64,000 bases of DNA, taken from contig CALEUG010000006.1 in the NCBI GenBank assembly GCA_937920515.1, positions 32,000 through 95,999 on the forward strand. Reading direction: 5' to 3'. This DNA comes from an uncultured bacterium. Its GTDB lineage: Bacteria; Acidobacteriota; Aminicenantia; Aminicenantales; Saccharicenantaceae. Under the pieces are notes generated by a model. The model was not told the origin of the DNA, did not search any database, and was given only the letters and a program-made list of their open reading frames with translations. This document shows positions 27,491 through 36,596 of this stretch, one piece after another. The translations under genes and the position numbers were made by a program. Position 1 is the stretch's first letter. The number at the start of each line of letters is the position of its first letter.

Positions 27491-29248
27491 TTGAATTCGA
27501 AAAAAATGTCATCCAGACCTGAAGAAACCAGCAAGTCCGGCTACCTGGTTCTGGCCAGAAAATACCGTCCCCGTCAGTTCAGCCAGGTTGTGGGACAGGA
27601 AGCAGTGGTCAGGACCATTCAGAATGCCATAAAGGAAAATCGCATCGGGCATGCCTACCTTTTTTCCGGAATGAGGGGAGTGGGCAAGACCACTGTGGCC
27701 AGGATTCTGGCCAAGGCTCTTAACTGCGAAAAAGGGCCGGCTCCTGAACCCTGCAACCAGTGTCAGATGTGCCGGGCCATCAACGAAGAATCGCTGCTCG
27801 ATTTCATAGAAATTGACGGCGCTTCCAACCGGGGGATTGAAGATGTCAAGTCCCTGAGGGATAGCATCCAGTATGAACCAATGCACAGCCGCTACCGGGT
27901 TATCATCATTGACGAGGTCCACCAGCTCAGCCGGGATGCCTTTAATGCCCTGTTGAAGACCCTGGAAGAGCCACCCAGCAGAACAGTCTTTATTTTTGCC
28001 ACCACCGAGTTTCACAAGGTGCCCCGGACCATTGCTTCCCGCTGCCAGCATTTCATCTTTAAAAGGCTGTCCAGTCAGCAGATTATTGACCACCTGCAGT
28101 ACATTGCCGCGGAGGAAAATATTGTCATCAGTCCCTACAGTCTTAAGCTGATTGCCGGTGCCGCCGACGGCAGCCTGCGGGATGCCGAAACTCTTCTGGA
28201 CATGGTGGTTTCTTTTAGCGGCCCCCGGGTCCAGGACAGAGAAACCGAGGAAGTGCTGGGGGTCATCAATCGCAGTCTGTATGAAAATCTGGCCAGAGCC
28301 ATACTCAGCGGAAAGAGCGAAGAAATATTTCCGCTGGTTGAGTCGCTGGTTTCGGCCGGAATCGACCTGCGCCATTTTTACAGTGGTCTGATTGAATATT
28401 TTCGCAACCTGCTGGTAGTAAACGTTTCAAGCAGCCCCTCGGATTTGCTCGTTCTTTCGGAAGAAGAAATTCGAGAACTCAAGGAGCTGGCCCGGGACTT
28501 ACAGCCGGAAGAACTGTTGAGGTACATCCTGATTCTGCAGGATGGCGAATCAGGCCTGCGCTATTCCTCTCAACCGCGCCTTTTCCTGGAGGCCTGGTTG
28601 ATAAAGCTCTGTTACCTTAAGAACCTCAAACCTCTGGAGCAGGCGCTGGAAGAACTGTCTGCCCTCAAGCCAGGGGCGATGGAACGGAAGTCTGGCGATT
28701 CAGGATATTCGCCGGCCGCTGCTTCCGGCCGTCCCGGAAGCGGTAACCAGATCCGGTCCGCCAACCAGGATAGGGCTAAAAATAACCTGAACCCGGCCAT
28801 AAAAAATGGCCTGTCCGTTTTCAACCAGGAAAGGGCGGATGAGCTATATTTCCGGGTAATGAGAGAAAAACCGGCCCTGGCTCCTATTATAAAAATGGTC
28901 AACCGGGTTGAAGTCAACCAGGGGATGTTGAGTTTGATTTATGACCGGGGCCGTAAACATTTTGCCGACCTGGTGGAGCAGAACCTGCCTTACCTGAACC
29001 GGGTCTGGGTCGAACTCGGTGGTCAAAACCTGGAATTAAAAATGGAAGACACCGGGACAGCACCCGGGACAACCGGCGCCAGACGTCCTGTGCCCTCGAT
29101 CAAAGAGAAATCAGAACAGGTTAACAGACCCACCCCCAGCGATGAAATCCGGGCCCTGCTGGATGACCCCAAGGCCCGGGCCCTGCTGAACACCTTAAAG
29201 GGGCAGGTGGTAGCCGTGAGAAAAAAAACCGGGCCGGAGCAGACCTGA
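27491..29248 (+). CDS. dnaX: DNA polymerase III subunit gamma/tau
   Basis: Walker A GMRGVGKTT, zinc module CNQCQMCRAI, DEAD-like IIDEVHQLS, SRC motif. The start is TTG 27491 or ATG 27506. It lies in the conserved dnaX-ybaB-recR arrangement. Confidence 0.9.
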   Translation: MNSKKMSSRPEETSKSGYLVLARKYRPRQFSQVVGQEAVVRTIQNAIKENRIGHAYLFSGMRGVGKTTVARILAKALNCEKGPAPEPCNQCQMCRAINEESLLDFIEIDGASNRGIEDVKSLRDSIQYEPMHSRYRVIIIDEVHQLSRDAFNALLKTLEEPPSRTVFIFATTEFHKVPRTIASRCQHFIFKRLSSQQIIDHLQYIAAEENIVISPYSLKLIAGAADGSLRDAETLLDMVVSFSGPRVQDRETEEVLGVINRSLYENLARAILSGKSEEIFPLVESLVSAGIDLRHFYSGLIEYFRNLLVVNVSSSPSDLLVLSEEEIRELKELARDLQPEELLRYILILQDGESGLRYSSQPRLFLEAWLIKLCYLKNLKPLEQALEELSALKPGAMERKSGDSGYSPAAASGRPGSGNQIRSANQDRAKNNLNPAIKNGLSVFNQERADELYFRVMREKPALAPIIKMVNRVEVNQGMLSLIYDRGRKHFADLVEQNLPYLNRVWVELGGQNLELKMEDTGTAPGTTGARRPVPSIKEKSEQVNRPTPSDEIRALLDDPKARALLNTLKGQVVAVRKKTGPEQT

Positions 29249-29276
29249 CCGGCCCAATCCTGACAGAGGAAACAAA

Positions 29277-29588
29277 ATGAAAAATTTAGCCGACCTGCAA
29301 AAAATGATGAAGGCTGCTCAGGAAATGCAGGAAAGACTGCAGAAAGAGCTGGCTGAAATAAAAGTAGAAGGGTCAAGCGGTGGCGGTATGGTGACGGTGG
29401 TCCTGGACGGCCAGAAGAATTGTCTGGAGGTAAGACTGGACCCCGAGGTGGTCAACCGGGATGATGTTGAGATGCTTCAGGACCTTATTATCTCTGCTTT
29501 CCGGGAAGCGGTGGCCAGAGTGGAGTCAGAAGTTCAGGCCAGGATGTCCGGGCTGGCCGGCGGCCTGAAGATTCCGGGCCTGTTCTGA
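29277..29588 (+). CDS. ybaB: Nucleoid-associated protein YbaB/EbfC
   Basis: 103 aa. ...MMKAAQEMQERLQKELAEIKVEGSSGGGMVTVVLDG... is typical of the family. Confidence 0.9.
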   Translation: MKNLADLQKMMKAAQEMQERLQKELAEIKVEGSSGGGMVTVVLDGQKNCLEVRLDPEVVNRDDVEMLQDLIISAFREAVARVESEVQARMSGLAGGLKIPGLF

Positions 29589-29600
29589 GGGAGCTGCCCG

Positions 29601-30206
29601 ATGTTTGAATATGCCAGGCCCCTGCATGACCTGATCGAGCAGCTGAGGAAATTTCCGGGTGTCGGGCTGAAGTCGGCCCAGCGCATGGCTTTTTATCTGC
29701 TGGGACTTCCATCCGAAGAAGCAGCCGAACTGGTCAGGGCTATAGTCGAGGTCAAAAACAAGATATTTTACTGTTCAATCTGTAACAATATCACCGACGT
29801 TGACCCCTGCCGGCTCTGCACTGACCCCCGCCGCAGCGATGAGCAGCTGTGCCTGGTGGAAGAACCATTCAACGTGGCATCGATCGAAAAGACCGGGATT
29901 TTTAACGGACGTTATCATGTTCTCCTGGGCTCGCTGTCGCCGATTAAAGGCATAGGTCCGGACGAGCTCAGGCTGGAAAAGCTGGTCAGCCGACTCCGGA
30001 CTGGCCAGTTCAGGGAAGTGATCATCGCCACCAACCCGACCGTGGAGGGAGAAGCCACCGCTTCGCTCATCTGCCAGGTTCTGAGAGAAATACCGGTTAA
30101 GATAACCAGGCTGGCCATGGGTCTTCCGGTCGGAGCCGACCTGGACTTTGCTGACCAGCTGACCATTAAAAAAGCCCTGGAAGGACGGACCGAACTGAAA
30201 GGATAA
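29601..30206 (+). CDS. recR: Recombination protein RecR
   Basis: HhH N-terminus, C4 zinc finger CSICNNITDVDPCRLC, Toprim domain. Confidence 0.92.
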   Translation: MFEYARPLHDLIEQLRKFPGVGLKSAQRMAFYLLGLPSEEAAELVRAIVEVKNKIFYCSICNNITDVDPCRLCTDPRRSDEQLCLVEEPFNVASIEKTGIFNGRYHVLLGSLSPIKGIGPDELRLEKLVSRLRTGQFREVIIATNPTVEGEATASLICQVLREIPVKITRLAMGLPVGADLDFADQLTIKKALEGRTELKG

Positions 30207-30220
30207 AATTCAGTTTTCCA

Positions 30221-30249
30221 TTAGAAATTTACCGGCTTTCTGATATAAT
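30221..30249 (+). promoter_or_regulatory. Promoter candidate TTAGAA-17-TATAAT with TGa extension, upstream of PFOR
   Basis: TGATATAAT at 30241-49. It leaves a short leader carrying the AAGGAG SD. Confidence 0.4.
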
Positions 30250-30276
30250 AATCTGTTTAATTTATTAAGGAGCGTT

Positions 30277-33200
30277 ATGATGGCTAAAACATTCAAAGCA
30301 ATCGACGGTAATACCGCGGCCACTCACGTGGCCTACGCTTATTCAGAAGTGGCTGCCATCTATCCGATCACCCCTTCTTCCACCATGGGCGAAATGGCCG
30401 ACGAATGGTCAGCCCAGGGGAAAAAGAACATTTTCGGACAGACGGTGGAAGTGGTTGAAATGCAGTCCGAGGCCGGTGCGGCCGGTGCCGTTCACGGGTC
30501 CCTGAGTGCCGGTTGTTTGACCACCACCTTTACCGCCTCCCAGGGCCTGATGCTGATGCTGCCCAACATGCACAAAATCGCCGGGGAATTACTGCCGACG
30601 GTCTTTCATGTCTCCGCCCGTTCCCTGGCCTGCCAGTCACTCTCCATCTTCGGCGACCATTCCGACGTTATGTCTGCCCGCAACACCGGTTTTGCCCTGA
30701 TGTGTTCGGGTTCAGTTCAGGAAATCATGGACCTGGCCATCGTCTGCCATCTGGCCAGCCTCAAGAGTAAGGTGCCTTTTCTTCATTTCTTCGACGGGTT
30801 TCGCACCTCCAGCGAAGTCCAGAAGATTGAAATCGTTCCCTATGAAACCCTAACCGAGCTGTTTGAACCGAAGTATCTGGAAGATTTCAGACAAAGGGCG
30901 CTCAACCCGGAAAAACCGATGATGAAGGTTGGAGCCCAGAACCCGGATGTCTATTTCCAGGGCCGGGAAACCGTAAACAAATATTACGCGGCCACCCCGG
31001 CCATTGTTCAGGAATACATGGACAAGGTGGCCAGGGTCACCGGGCGCCAGTACCACCTGTTTGATTATTTCGGCGCCCCGGATGCCGATCGGGTGATAGT
31101 CATCATGGGTTCCGGCGCTGAAACCGCCGAGGAGACCATCGATTACCTCAATAAACACGGCTACAGGGTTGGACTGGTTAAAGTTCGCCTCTACCGTCCT
31201 TTCTCGGCCGAAGCCTTCCGGGCGATTATTCCCCAGAGCGTCAAAAAAATCGCCGTGCTGGACAGAACCAAGGAACCCGGGTCCATCGGCGAACCGCTCT
31301 ACCTGGATGTGATAACAGCTCTATGCGGACGTGATATCCAGATTATTGGCGGCCGTTACGGGCTATCTTCGAAGGAATTTACGCCGGCCATGGTCAAAGC
31401 GGTCTTTGACCATCTCAACGGACCCGCCTTCCACGGATTCACCGTGGGCATTGAAGATGACGTTACCGGGACATCTCTGCCGGTAGGACAGGTCCTGGAA
31501 ACAGAGCCGGCCGGAACCGTTCGCTGCAAGTTCTGGGGCTATGGTTCAGACGGAACAGTGGGCGCCAACAAGAACTCCATCACCATCATCGGCGACAACA
31601 CCGACCTTTATGCTCAGGGCTATTTCGAGTATGACTCCAAAAAATCCGGCGGGGTAACCATCTCCCACCTGAGATTCGGAAAACACCCCATCAAGTCAGA
31701 GTACCTGCTGAACACGGTTGATTTTGTGGCCCTGCACAAGCCGGCCTACATCGGCCGCTACGACGTTCTGGAAGGCCTGAGAGAGGGGGGAACCTTCCTG
31801 CTGAACTCTCCCTGGAAGAAAGAGGAAGTCTTCGAGCACCTGACCGAGGACATGCAGAAGACGATTATTCAGAAGAAAATTAAAGTTTACAACATCGACG
31901 CCTTCAGGATTGCCCGGGAAGTCGGCTTGAATAACAGGATAAATAGCATCATGCAGGTCTGCTTCTTCAAGATTTCCGGGGTCCTGCCCGAGGCCGAGGC
32001 CATCGACCTGATCAAAAAGGCCATTTACAAGACCTACCACAAGAAGGGCGAAGACGTGGTCAAAATGAACCTAACTGCAGTGGATAAGACCCTGGAAGCT
32101 CTGGAAGAGGTTCCCATTCCAGATAAAATTACCAGGTCAGCCCCCGTGCCAAGGCTGATTCCTGAAGAGGCCAGCGACTTTGCCCGTAACGTCATTGAAC
32201 CTATCATGCATTTCAAAGGAAACTCCATTCCAGTTTCCAGGATGCCAGACGACGGCCGTATCCCGACTGACACGGCCAAGCTGGAGAAAAGAGGTATTGC
32301 CGAACTGGTACCGCGCTGGCTGCCGGACAAATGCATCCAGTGCAACCAGTGCGCTCTGGTTTGCCCGCATGCCGCGGTCAGGGCCAAGCAGATTCTGCCG
32401 GCTGACCTGAAAGAAGCCCCGGCCACTTTCAACACCCTGGTTTCCAATACCAAGAATGATAAGGACCTCAGGTACCGCCTCCAGATTTACATAGAAGATT
32501 GCGTCGGCTGTGGCGTCTGCGTGGAAACCTGCCCGGCCAAGGAGAAGGCTCTGGTCATGGTGCCGATTGAAGAAGAAAGAGAGGCCGGCCAGAACGCCAA
32601 CGAAAAATTCTTCGAAAAGCTGCCCGATAGCCACCTGGATGGGGTCAAGATTGACACCATCAAGGGCTCCCAGTTCCTGACTCCGCTCTTTGAATTCAGC
32701 GGAGCTTGCGCCGGTTGCGGGGAAACTCCCTACATCAAACTGGCCACCCAGCTGTTCGGCGACCGTATGATAATCGCCAATGCCACCGGCTGCTCCTCCA
32801 TCTACGGTGGAACTTTTCCCGTTTCGCCATATGCCAGGAATAAAGAAGGGAAAGGGCCGGCCTGGGCCAATTCCCTGTTTGAGGATAATGCCGAATACGG
32901 TTTTGGTATGAGGCTGGCCGTTGACACTATCAGAAAGCAGCTCTGGACCAACCTGAACGCGGCCATTGAAGCCGGGACCCTGCCCGAACTGGTTGAAGCC
33001 CTGCAGAAGATGAAAGAACTCTGGAACGACAAGGGCGACCAGACCAAGGCCACCGCCCGGAAAATTCGGGAGCTGCTGCCTAAGGCTCTGGCCCGGAATG
33101 ATTCGGCCAGGCCTTACCTGACCAGGGTGGCCGAATTGCAGGACTATCTGATAGACAAGAGTGTCTGGTGCATCGGTGGCGACGGCTGGGCCTATGATAT

Positions 33201-33798
33201 AGGTTTCGGTGGCCTGGACCACGTGGTGGCCATGAACCGGAACGTCAACCTGCTGGTGCTGGACACCGAGGTTTATTCCAACACCGGAGGTCAGGCATCC
33301 AAGGCCACGCCCACCGGTTCCAGGGCCAAGTTCGCTTCTTCCGGCAAGAAAACTGTCAAGAAAGACCTGGGTCGGATGGCCATGAGCTATGGCTACGTTT
33401 ACGTGGCCTCAGTGGCTCTGGGAGCCAACATGAACCAGTGCCTGAAGGCCTTTCTGGAAGCTGAAGCCTACGATGGTCCTTCACTCATCATTGCCTATTC
33501 TCCATGCATCAACCACGGAATAGATATGAGCAAATCCATTCAGGAAGAAAAACTGGCCGTGGATAGCGGGTACTGGATACTCTACCGCTACAACCCGATG
33601 CTGGCCAGGGAGGGCAAAAATCCATTAATCCTGGATTCCAAAGAACCCAAGATGGAGTATGAAGCTTTCCTGAAGAACGAAATCCGTTACCGCTCGGTTC
33701 TCCAGGATTACCCGGAGATTGCCCGCGAGCTGTTTGCCCAGGCTGCCCAGGAAGCGAAAAAACGGTTCGAATATTACAAGAAGCTGGCCGAGGGCTGA
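30277..33798 (+). CDS. nifJ: Pyruvate:ferredoxin (flavodoxin) oxidoreductase, single-polypeptide type
   Basis: 1173 aa. Ferredoxin domain CIQCNQCALVCPH / CVGCGVCVETCP. TPP motif GGDGWAYDIGFGGLDH. The start may be the second ATG at 30280, which has better SD spacing. Confidence 0.93.
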   Translation: MMAKTFKAIDGNTAATHVAYAYSEVAAIYPITPSSTMGEMADEWSAQGKKNIFGQTVEVVEMQSEAGAAGAVHGSLSAGCLTTTFTASQGLMLMLPNMHKIAGELLPTVFHVSARSLACQSLSIFGDHSDVMSARNTGFALMCSGSVQEIMDLAIVCHLASLKSKVPFLHFFDGFRTSSEVQKIEIVPYETLTELFEPKYLEDFRQRALNPEKPMMKVGAQNPDVYFQGRETVNKYYAATPAIVQEYMDKVARVTGRQYHLFDYFGAPDADRVIVIMGSGAETAEETIDYLNKHGYRVGLVKVRLYRPFSAEAFRAIIPQSVKKIAVLDRTKEPGSIGEPLYLDVITALCGRDIQIIGGRYGLSSKEFTPAMVKAVFDHLNGPAFHGFTVGIEDDVTGTSLPVGQVLETEPAGTVRCKFWGYGSDGTVGANKNSITIIGDNTDLYAQGYFEYDSKKSGGVTISHLRFGKHPIKSEYLLNTVDFVALHKPAYIGRYDVLEGLREGGTFLLNSPWKKEEVFEHLTEDMQKTIIQKKIKVYNIDAFRIAREVGLNNRINSIMQVCFFKISGVLPEAEAIDLIKKAIYKTYHKKGEDVVKMNLTAVDKTLEALEEVPIPDKITRSAPVPRLIPEEASDFARNVIEPIMHFKGNSIPVSRMPDDGRIPTDTAKLEKRGIAELVPRWLPDKCIQCNQCALVCPHAAVRAKQILPADLKEAPATFNTLVSNTKNDKDLRYRLQIYIEDCVGCGVCVETCPAKEKALVMVPIEEEREAGQNANEKFFEKLPDSHLDGVKIDTIKGSQFLTPLFEFSGACAGCGETPYIKLATQLFGDRMIIANATGCSSIYGGTFPVSPYARNKEGKGPAWANSLFEDNAEYGFGMRLAVDTIRKQLWTNLNAAIEAGTLPELVEALQKMKELWNDKGDQTKATARKIRELLPKALARNDSARPYLTRVAELQDYLIDKSVWCIGGDGWAYDIGFGGLDHVVAMNRNVNLLVLDTEVYSNTGGQASKATPTGSRAKFASSGKKTVKKDLGRMAMSYGYVYVASVALGANMNQCLKAFLEAEAYDGPSLIIAYSPCINHGIDMSKSIQEEKLAVDSGYWILYRYNPMLAREGKNPLILDSKEPKMEYEAFLKNEIRYRSVLQDYPEIARELFAQAAQEAKKRFEYYKKLAEG

Positions 33799-35121
33799 TC
33801 AGTCCCTGACTATCAGCACCTCGTAGACTCGCTCGGAAGAGAAAGTCGCTCTGACCAGCTCGTTGAGCTGGTCAGGGTTTTTTTTATCCAGGCTATCCAG
33901 GAAACTGTTATAAAAATCCAAGGACAGGCCGCCGGCCAGAACCAGTGATAGAAAGCCCAGTCGGTTATCGCGGGAAAAGGATTCGCGCCTGTAGGCGTTC
34001 CTGGCTATCACCCTGCCCGCAGCCACCACTTCCGGATCAAGCCCCTGCTGTCCCAGACGGGAGAAGGTCTCTTTCAACCTGAAAAGAGAAAAAGTAGCCA
34101 GTTCTTTCTCGGTTTCCAGATAGCAAACAAAAAGAATTTTCCCAGCCAGAATTTCCAGCCGGGTGTTAAGGTTATAGGCCAGCCCTTCCTCCTGGCGCAG
34201 GTTCCAGACCATAGAACCCGGTCCTTCACCGATTATTTTTTCCAGCAAATAAGCTGCCGGAAAGGTCTCGGCCAGTTCCCCGGGAAAAAGGTAGCCCAAA
34301 GCTACCACTGCTCCCGGCGGCCCCTGGTAATGTCCGCAGCCTGCATCGGGAACCTTTTTTGATGCCGGTTCAGCAGCCTGAAATCTTGTTCCGGACACAG
34401 GAGGCGTGTTTTTAACCCAGGACAGGTGCCTGGTCAAAATTTCCTGCAGGCTTTTTTTCTCCAGGTCGGTTATTACCAGCAGGCTGAGCGAGCCGCTGTT
34501 TGTTATGGAGTCGTAAAAGTGGCCGATTTCTTTCCGGGAGACTGACTTGAGCTCGGCTTCCCGTCCGTAAAGAGACTGGCCGTAAGGACTTCCGGGAAAA
34601 ACCTGTTGTCGCAGGCAGATTAAAGCCGAATCGACCAGGCGGCAGGCTTCCCGGCTGGCTTCCAGTTTAAGGCTGTTCCTGACCCGACCTATCCGGGGTC
34701 CGGAAAAAAGAGGAGTCCTGAGACCTGCGGCCACAATCCCCAGCGTTTTATCAAGATGGCCGGTAAGTCCTTCCATCTGGATGAAACAAAAATCAGCCCG
34801 GCTTCCGGCCGAAAGATTAACTCCGGCGGCCAGTAGCTCTGACAGTCGGTCCTCATCGGTTACCTCGGCCATCAGCCTGGTAGCCAGGAAGGCCAGGCCG
34901 GCCTGGCCAGGATTTTCCAGGGACTGACCGCCAAGAAAATGAAAAACGACGGTGGTTAATTTTGATCCCGGCTGAAACTGGTAATAGACCTTCAGGCCAT
35001 TTCCCAGGCTGAAAATCTCGAAGTTTAGAGGCTGGGCCGGTAAAGTCTGCGGCCGGACCAGAAGACTGCCCAGGCTCAAAACCAGCAAAAGCTTTCTGAT
35101 GAAATTGCTGCGCTTTTTCAT
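33799..35121 (-). CDS. M16-family peptidase subunit, non-catalytic (no HxxEH)
   Basis: Signal peptide. The zinc-motif position reads GLAFLATRLMAEVT. Its ATG overlaps the stop of the upstream M16 gene (4 nt). Confidence 0.75.
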   Translation of the reverse strand: MKKRSNFIRKLLLVLSLGSLLVRPQTLPAQPLNFEIFSLGNGLKVYYQFQPGSKLTTVVFHFLGGQSLENPGQAGLAFLATRLMAEVTDEDRLSELLAAGVNLSAGSRADFCFIQMEGLTGHLDKTLGIVAAGLRTPLFSGPRIGRVRNSLKLEASREACRLVDSALICLRQQVFPGSPYGQSLYGREAELKSVSRKEIGHFYDSITNSGSLSLLVITDLEKKSLQEILTRHLSWVKNTPPVSGTRFQAAEPASKKVPDAGCGHYQGPPGAVVALGYLFPGELAETFPAAYLLEKIIGEGPGSMVWNLRQEEGLAYNLNTRLEILAGKILFVCYLETEKELATFSLFRLKETFSRLGQQGLDPEVVAAGRVIARNAYRRESFSRDNRLGFLSLVLAGGLSLDFYNSFLDSLDKKNPDQLNELVRATFSSERVYEVLIVRD

Positions 35122-36488
35122 TTTTTTTCGGGTTTTATCACCACCCAGACGGGTCTGGCCCGGGACAGGTAGCGGCGGGCTACCTTTCTGAGGTCGGAGG
35201 AATCAAGCCCGCTGATGGTTTCAAGATAATTTTTTTGCTCCCGGCTGCTTCGAAGCAACAGATGTTTGGCCAGCGACAGGGCCAGAAGTGCCGGGCTTTC
35301 CATCATTTTTTCGGACAACCATTGAAACCTGTTTTTCCCGCCCTGGAGGAAATCCAATACCAGAAATCGTTGGTCCGGAAGGTAATCATCGCGGGAATAG
35401 TTCATTTCGGCCAGCCGGGGCAGGAAGTTCTGAAGCAGACGCTTGACCGTGGGCACCCTGTCCTCCAGGCAGGTAACCGAAATAAAAAGCAGCCCGGCCT
35501 GTTCATGACTTATATAATGAAAGCGGGCAGAAGAGATGAGGTCGGGTTGGCCGGCAAAGGCCTGATAGACAAGAGGGCTTAGCCCCTGGCCGGCCAGTTC
35601 GCTGAGCAGGTCCATGGGCAGCCGATCGGGACTGTTATATTCAGGAGCCGGCAGTCCGGCCATGACATAGGTATCTGAGACCTTCATTCTTAGCTCAACC
35701 AGGGGTCCGGAGTCCGGGTATTTCCAGGACAGGGCCGGCCGCCTGGCCTGTCTGCCGTTTCCTTTGAGGTCCGAAAAAATGGGTCTGAGATTTTCCTCAA
35801 TTCTCTCCGGTTCAATGTCACCCACCACGACCAGGGCGGCATTGTCGGGCCTGAAAAATTTCTGATGCAGGTCCTTGAGGTCTGACAGGGCGGCGCGACT
35901 TATAACTTCTTCTTTTCCAAAAACCGGAAGGGCGTAACCGGTTCCAGGAAAGGCCAGTTCATAGACCTTGGCCAGCCCGACCTTTTCCGGCTGGCGAGCG
36001 TTCTCGGCCAGCTCTTTTAACAACACCGATTTTTCCATCTCCAGTGCTTCTTCGGTCAGGTTGAAGGAAAAGGTAATCTCCTTCAGCAGGGTCAGACCTT
36101 GCTCCAGATAGTCTCCGGGCAGGCTGATTTCAAATAGCATCATATCCTGCTCGGTGCGGGCATTATAGTAAAGTCCATGCTGATTGATTATCCGGAACAG
36201 GCGGTTATCGGTTGTCAGGTGAGATTGCCGGAAAAGCAGGCAGTGCTCCAGAAGATGGAGCAGGCCGCTGGTCTCCGGGGTTTCGTCGGCCGTTCCGGCC
36301 TTCACTGCCAGAACGATGGTAACCAGGGGCGACCAGGAATAGGGGAGTAAATAGACTTTGAGGCCGTTATCCAGGCTGAACTCGGTTTCAGCCCGGCGGT
36401 CCTGAAGATTGGGCGGTTCCGGATCAGGCCCAGAAGCTATCAGGATGGTAAGACAGGCCAGCCAGAATAACCAAGCGGCCGGAAACAA
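35118..36488 (-). CDS. M16-family zinc peptidase, catalytic subunit
   Basis: Intact inverted zinc motif GLLHLLEHCLF (HxxEH). N-terminal TM/signal. TTG start. Confidence 0.8.
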   Translation of the reverse strand: MFPAAWLFWLACLTILIASGPDPEPPNLQDRRAETEFSLDNGLKVYLLPYSWSPLVTIVLAVKAGTADETPETSGLLHLLEHCLLFRQSHLTTDNRLFRIINQHGLYYNARTEQDMMLFEISLPGDYLEQGLTLLKEITFSFNLTEEALEMEKSVLLKELAENARQPEKVGLAKVYELAFPGTGYALPVFGKEEVISRAALSDLKDLHQKFFRPDNAALVVVGDIEPERIEENLRPIFSDLKGNGRQARRPALSWKYPDSGPLVELRMKVSDTYVMAGLPAPEYNSPDRLPMDLLSELAGQGLSPLVYQAFAGQPDLISSARFHYISHEQAGLLFISVTCLEDRVPTVKRLLQNFLPRLAEMNYSRDDYLPDQRFLVLDFLQGGKNRFQWLSEKMMESPALLALSLAKHLLLRSSREQKNYLETISGLDSSDLRKVARRYLSRARPVWVVIKPEKK

Positions 36489-36581
36489 CTTTCTCAGGGT
36501 GAAAATTCTAATCCTCCACTAAAAAATATAAGAGTTGAATGGAATTTAATCAACATTTATTTTCGAGCCCCGGGCCGGATG

Positions 36582-36590
36582 TGTTAGAAT
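36582..36590 (+). promoter_or_regulatory. Extended -10 promoter candidate (TGtTAGAAT) placed for a leaderless regulator mRNA
   Basis: The -10 ends 6 nt before ATG 36597, and no Shine-Dalgarno lies between them. Confidence 0.35.
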
Positions 36591-36596
36591 AAGATT

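Noticed and set aside
29216-29230. An A8 run near the end of dnaX, considered as a transcriptional-slippage site (Thermus-style tau/gamma).
   Set aside because: It lies 8 codons before the natural stop, so slippage would not create a meaningfully shorter product.
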